Of a stretch of DNA of 64,000 nucleotides, positions 58,952-64,000 are shown piece by piece. Position numbers and translations under genes: made by a program. The notes beneath the pieces are model-generated. The model saw only the letters and a list, made by a program, of their open reading frames with translations. It had not been told where the DNA came from and searched no databases. Origin of the DNA: Candidatus Mycoplasma liparidae (GTDB lineage: Bacteria > Bacillota_I > Bacilli_A > Mycoplasmatales > Mycoplasmoidaceae); NCBI GenBank assembly GCA_009884515.1, contig RHHX01000001.1, positions 254,956-318,955 of the forward strand, in the 5' to 3' direction. The first letter of the stretch is position 1. The number at the start of each line of letters is the position of its first letter.

Positions 58952-59914
58952 ATGCAATTAACTGCAATAAATAAAGTTTTTAATAAAGATTTTTTCTATG
59001 GATTTAAACCATTATTTAGTTTAATTAATCATTCTTTTTGAAGAGGATTTTTTGGCCCATTTTTTGCTTTTTTCTTTCCTCTTATTTTTATAAGTATTTT
59101 AGGTACTTTATTAGGATATGATCAAATATTAGGGGGAGCTCTTATTATTGGACCAATAGCTATTTCTGTTATTGTATTACCTAATGCTATTTTTGAATTT
59201 AAGGAATCATCACTTTTAAAAAGGATAGGTTCAACACCAATTAAACCATTATTTTTTATGTTAACAATAGGTTTTTTCTATTTAATATTAATGATCATCT
59301 CATTAATTTGAAGTTTGATTTTTTCTTTAATGATGTTTTCTCAATATTGAGATATCGGAAGAGTAATAGTTGAAGCTGTAGTAGGAACAAAACCAGAAGT
59401 ACTTGCTCCTTCATTTTCTGAAGTCTTAAATATTGTTAATTGAGGCGGAGTTATCTTCGGACAAATAATGTCTATGATAGTCGGTGTATCTATTGGTATT
59501 GTCTTAGCTTCTTTTGCTACATCAAGTATGATGATTATGGGAATGGGGACAATTATTTTAATTTCAACTCAATTTTTAACTGGTCAAGTACTTCCTCCAT
59601 CAATGATTGTTGAAGTTGATGTGATGTGATACGGTGGATATTTTCTTTCTCCTTTTAAGGCACCGACATCAATTATTTTAGAATCATGAAATGGTTCAGC
59701 GACAGTTATTAATGATTTTCAAATTGAATTTCTTACGTCAAATCCTTTTGATTTAAATCAACCTTGAATTTATTTTGATGCAACGGCATTTCCAAAAGAA
59801 CTTGAAATATTAAGTAGTTGAGAAAAATGATTGAATATATTTTTACCATTTATTTGATTCATTGGTTTCATGCTTATATCTATGAAGAAATTTAAATGAT
59901 CAACAAGGGGATAG
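58952..59914 (+). CDS. ABC-2 type transporter permease
   Basis: An RBS aaggag lies 7 nt upstream. The 320-aa polytopic protein has 12 TGA codons and sits directly upstream of the ABC ATPase. Confidence 0.7.
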
Positions 59915-59917
59915 ATT

Positions 59918-60766
59918 ATGTCTAAAAAATCAAATAATTTTATCATTGATGATAAAAATTTAACAAATTCTGTAATTAAAGCTTTCTTTATTGAAGAAAT
60001 TAATCAAGAAATTAATCAAGATGAAAAAGAAGTATTTATTACTGATTTTGCTTCTAATGGCAAGAAACTTATTGAAATTAAAAATATTTATAAAAGTTTC
60101 GGTTCTCATAAATCTGAAAAAAAAGTATTGAAGAACATTAATTTTGATATTAATTATTTAGAACATACAGCTTTATTAGGTTGTAATGGAGCTGGGAAAA
60201 CTGTTTTATCAGAAATCATTTGTGGTATTAATAAAGCAACATCTGGAGAAATTATTCATAATTTTAGTACTGATAACTATAAAAAAAAGATTGGAATCCA
60301 ATTTCAGGATTCATCATATCCTCAAGGTATTACTGTTAAGAAAGTAATTAATTTTATAGTTTCAGTTTACAAAACCAAAATATCTAATGATGAATTAAAA
60401 GCTTTGATTAAAATTTTTGGTATTGAAGAAATTTATAATAAAAAAGCTATGGGTTTATCAGGAGGAGAACAACAAAGACTAAATCTTTTATTATCTTTAA
60501 TTCATAAACCTGAGTTTATTATTTTAGATGAATTATCAACAGGTCTTGATATAAAGATTAAATCAAGAATTAAAAGATTCATTAAAGAATATATTAAAGA
60601 GCATAATATCACAATACTAATTGTTTCACATGATATGGATGAAGTAGAATATTTAGCTAAGAGAATTGTAGTTATGTATCTTGGTCAAGTTTATGTTGAT
60701 GCTAGTAAAGAAGAAGTTATTGAAAAATACGGATCTATTCAAAATTGTATTGAAAGATATATTTAA
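59918..60766 (+). CDS. ABC transporter ATP-binding protein
   Basis: This is an intact track ORF. Walker A is LLGCNGAGKTV, the signature is LSGGEQQRL, and Walker B is IILDELSTGLD. Confidence 0.9.
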   Translation: MSKKSNNFIIDDKNLTNSVIKAFFIEEINQEINQDEKEVFITDFASNGKKLIEIKNIYKSFGSHKSEKKVLKNINFDINYLEHTALLGCNGAGKTVLSEIICGINKATSGEIIHNFSTDNYKKKIGIQFQDSSYPQGITVKKVINFIVSVYKTKISNDELKALIKIFGIEEIYNKKAMGLSGGEQQRLNLLLSLIHKPEFIILDELSTGLDIKIKSRIKRFIKEYIKEHNITILIVSHDMDEVEYLAKRIVVMYLGQVYVDASKEEVIEKYGSIQNCIERYI

Positions 60767-60781
60767 TTATATAAATATCTA

Positions 60782-61483
60782 TGATTAAAAATATCCTTGT
60801 TCATTTTATTTATAACAATGAACATATTTTTTTTCACTATATTCTATATCAAGTAATAGTTGAATATGAGAAACAGATAATATTCAACAAATAATATTTG
60901 GAACAACTTCTGGTATCGTTTCATTTATAGGTATTTGTTGCAATATTAAAAATTAATCACAAGAAAAGAGCGGTTATTGATAAGGTATATTAAATTCTAT
61001 TGCCTTTGGAATATTTGCTTTATCTGTAAATTTAACAGGTGATTTTATAGTAAATGTGATTTATATCTTTTTACTTATATTCATCTTATTTAAAAACAAA
61101 AATAACATTAAGATCCAAGAAAGAAGATTAGAAAAAAAATCAATTCTAATTCTTATTACTACTTTTTTATTATCTTTCTTTTTAATACCCATATTGAATA
61201 GTGAATTAGCTAATGCATTAAATATTTTAAATTTTAAATATGGATCGAACTTTAATTATTATTGAGCTGGTAGAACATTAGATTCTTTAATAAATCCTAT
61301 CTCAATAGTTGCATTTATTACTATGATTACTGATTATCAAAAAACATGATATATCTGAATAGTAAAAATAGCCTTGCAATTACATTTTTCTCTGGAATTG
61401 GAATAGTTAATATTTCAATATTAATGACGAATATTTTATTTTTGATATTATCTATTTACAATTTAAAAAGAAGAATTAAAAAC
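60782..61483 (+). pseudogene. PnuC-like (nucleoside/vitamin-type) transporter gene with stops and a frameshift
   Basis: Pieces GILNSIAFGIFALSVNLTGDFIVNVIY and DSLINPISIVAFITMITDYQKTWYIWIVK continue in another frame as NSLAITFFSGIG...SIYNLKRR. A TAA lies inside the N-terminal part. Confidence 0.4.
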
Positions 61484-62110
61484 ATGAAAATAGCAATAAT
61501 AGGTCCAGGAGCTGTTGGTAAAACAACAATTATAAAATATTTAGAACAAGATTTAAAAGAATTTGAATTCATTTACGAAAGAACAAATCTAATAAATGAG
61601 GATTTTGAAAAATATATGGAAGATATGCAATCTAATGCTTTTGAAATGCAAAAGAACTTCTTTTATTATAGAAAAGAAGAAGTTCAAAAACTTAATAATT
61701 TTAAAAATGTAATAATTGATAGACATTTAATCGATGATTTTATATTTCCTCAAGTTCATATTGAATCAGGTAATTTTACAGAACAAGAAGCAATTGATTG
61801 AAAAAAAATAGAAAAGAAATATTTAAATTTTTTAGAATCAACGCCTAAATTAGATTTTGTCTTTTTATTAGAAGGTAATAATGAAGAAATAAAGAAAAGA
61901 AGAGTGAACCGTTCTCAAAATGAAAAAATAAGAGAATTTGAATTAAATAATCATACTTTCTTTGAAAAAGTTAATGAAAAATATAAGAGTCTAGAATTTA
62001 TTTTATCTATTTCTAAATATTCAAAGAAATGTATTATTTTGGAAAATAATGATTCAAAAGAAACAGCTGAGAAGATAAAACAAATAATTTTAGATTTTTT
62101 ATATGTTTAA
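61484..62110 (+). CDS. P-loop kinase of the deoxynucleoside-kinase type (second copy in the window)
   Basis: It begins MKIAIIGPGAVGKTT and has IIDRHLIDDFIFPQV. The same frame continues past TGA at 61799. Confidence 0.55.
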
Positions 62111-62161
62111 TTTTATATTATAATTTTTAAAAGAGTCTAATTAATAAAATTACGGAGCAAT

Positions 62162-63151
62162 ATGAAAGTATATATAAACTGTTTTTCTACTGCAAAAAAT
62201 TTTAATAATGTCTATAATGATTTCCTTGAAAAAGCAAATAATTTGGAATCATTAAAAGTAGAAACTTATCCATTCAAAGTTGATAATAATCAAGTTTGAG
62301 TTGAATTTGATGATCATATAAAATTACTTCGAACAATTAAATTTTTTGATGATGTAATTGATCTTGAATTAAGAAAATTTAATGAATTTTTTTCTATGAC
62401 AATAACAGTAAGTGATTCCTTTATTAATAAAAAATATATCCACCGAGGAGTTTTATTTTTACTTCCAAATAAAGATTGAGAAAAAATAAAAAATTCATCA
62501 ATTATCAAAAGTTATGAAATAACTAACGAAGGGATTATTTTTAAATTTTTATTTTATTCTAAAATCAAATATAGTGAAATTGTTAATTTAGAAAGTAAAA
62601 TTATGGACTTTGAAATTATGATTGCAAAAGAAGACAAACTTAATAAAGAATTTACAATAGTTGGTAATATTCGTAATCTAAATTTAAATGATAATGTTGC
62701 AGTTAGAATTCATTATCAATGCGAAACATCAGAAATATTTGGATCTAAACACTGTGATTGTAAGGAACAATTAGATATCTTTTTTGAAACAATGAAGAAT
62801 AATAGTAATTCTATTCTTATTTATTGTCATGAAGAAGGTAGAGGATTAGGTTTGTTTAATAAAATTAATGCTTATTATTTAACTGCTACAGAAAAACTTG
62901 ATACACATGATGCAATGTTAAAGATTGCAGGAAAAACAGAAAATAGAATGTTTGAAATACCAGCAGATATTCTATTTGACTTACAAATAAAAAAAATAGA
63001 ACTGTGAACAAATAATCCTTTGAAAATAGAACCAATTAAAGCACGTTCAATTAAAGTTTTGAGAAAAAAAATATGAAGTAATAATTTATCATACAATGGG
63101 AATAAATACATAGTAGAAAAAAAGAATAAAATGGGTCATATTAATGATTAA
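62162..63151 (+). CDS. GTP cyclohydrolase II (RibA-like) domain fused to a ~150-aa unknown N-terminal domain
   Basis: The frame is open from ATG 62162 (checked). Zinc Cys motifs lie in RIHYQCETSEIFGSKHCDCKEQL, followed by CHEEGRGLGLFNKINAYYL and LWTNNPLKI. Confidence 0.65.
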
Positions 63152-64000
63152 CATTATAATAAATTTGTCAGGAAAATCTGAAAATTTATATGAAAATTAT
63201 ATAAAAAAGCATCCAAAAGATAAAAACAATTTTTTTTATGTCTATACCCCATATGATATTATAGATAACGTAAAAATAAAAATAATCAAAACACCGATGA
63301 ACAATTGTTTAGCAACACTTATGAACAACATTTTTTGAATTATAAACCAATCTATTTACTATTCAAAGGATATTCAAGAAATTGAAAAAATTATAATTTA
63401 TCATAATCAAGAAATTTTAAATAGCTTTGTTAAAAATATTGAAAATCAACAAAAAAATATTGAAATTGAAAAAAATTATTTAATTATTAATGATAAAAAA
63501 TTACTAGAAATTCCAACAACTAGTTTTTATAATATAAATATTTTATTTAAACAAAATTTATTTTTAGAAGTGTGACTTTATTTATTAAAAGAAATTTCAA
63601 ACATAAATTTTAATTTTGAAATTCCAAATACATTTATTATAATGTGTAAAAATGATAAAAACATTCAAAACATCTTAAAAAAGAAAAATGAGAACACACT
63701 TTATATTAATGGAGGTAATGAAGGTTCTTTATTTTACAAAGATGCTAATAAACAACAAATAATTAAGAAAATATCAAAAGAAAAAACTTTAACTTCTCTT
63801 TATAAAAAAAACAAAGTTATATATTTTCCAGAAGGAGTAGAAAATTTTTATCATAAAGACACATTATCAATCAAAATCTCAAAAAGAAGAGAGTTCTCTT
63901 ATATTGAATATGAATATGAGAACTGCATCCTACCTTGTGCTTCTATTAATTTCCCTCAAGCTGCTAGATTAGCAATTTTACAAAGAAAAAAGAATATTTT
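63144..64000 (+). CDS. Hypothetical protein, 3' end beyond the window
   Basis: The frame was checked as open from ATG 63144 to the window end (TGA codons only). It overlaps the previous stop by 8 nt. Confidence 0.5.

Overview
This is a very AT-rich, Mollicute-type (Mycoplasma-like) chromosomal window that has to be read with translation table 4 (TGA = Trp). The supplied ORF track uses standard stops and splits nearly every gene. I re-joined same-frame fragments after checking for most genes, codon by codon, that only TGA separates them. Layout: (i) 0.4-21.4 kb holds core genes: an ABC-F ATPase; lgt/tilS/pth on the minus strand, diverging from dnaN-yaaA-gyrB-gyrA-galU (origin-proximal synteny but no dnaA); arcA; a SpoU-type methyltransferase; membrane proteins; two tandem paralogous GT14-like genes; and a deoxynucleoside kinase. 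(ii) A five-tRNA cluster, Asn-Glu-Val-Thr-Leu, lies at 21449-21914. (iii) A ~9.3 kb tRNA-adjacent accessory/defence island spans 21.96-31.2 kb. It holds an intact GHKL-ATPase / Z1 / PD-(D/E)XK operon with no methyltransferase, a divergent XRE regulator carrying a G11 tract, an HNH nuclease, a frameshifted PAPS-reductase-like gene, a DEDDh exonuclease fusion and two pseudogenes. (iv) Core genes relA-hisS-aspS (minus) and secDF-apt (plus) follow. (v) Next is a 4.1 kb BspA-like LRR surface protein gene. (vi) A ~14 kb decaying accessory region spans 44.5-58.9 kb. It holds a Panacea (DUF4065)-type toxin-antitoxin candidate, GIY-YIG/HNH/DUF3883 nuclease genes and remnants, two more BspA-like genes (one frameshifted in a T tract), a dead CcrM/HinfI-like R-M pair, lspA plus a dead lspA copy, and a dead galE. 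(vii) The window ends with an ABC-2 exporter pair, a PnuC-like pseudogene, a second dNK-like kinase and a RibA-like GTP cyclohydrolase II fusion. I saw no rRNA, CRISPR array, transposase or integrase. All family assignments come from motif recognition by eye, not from database searches.
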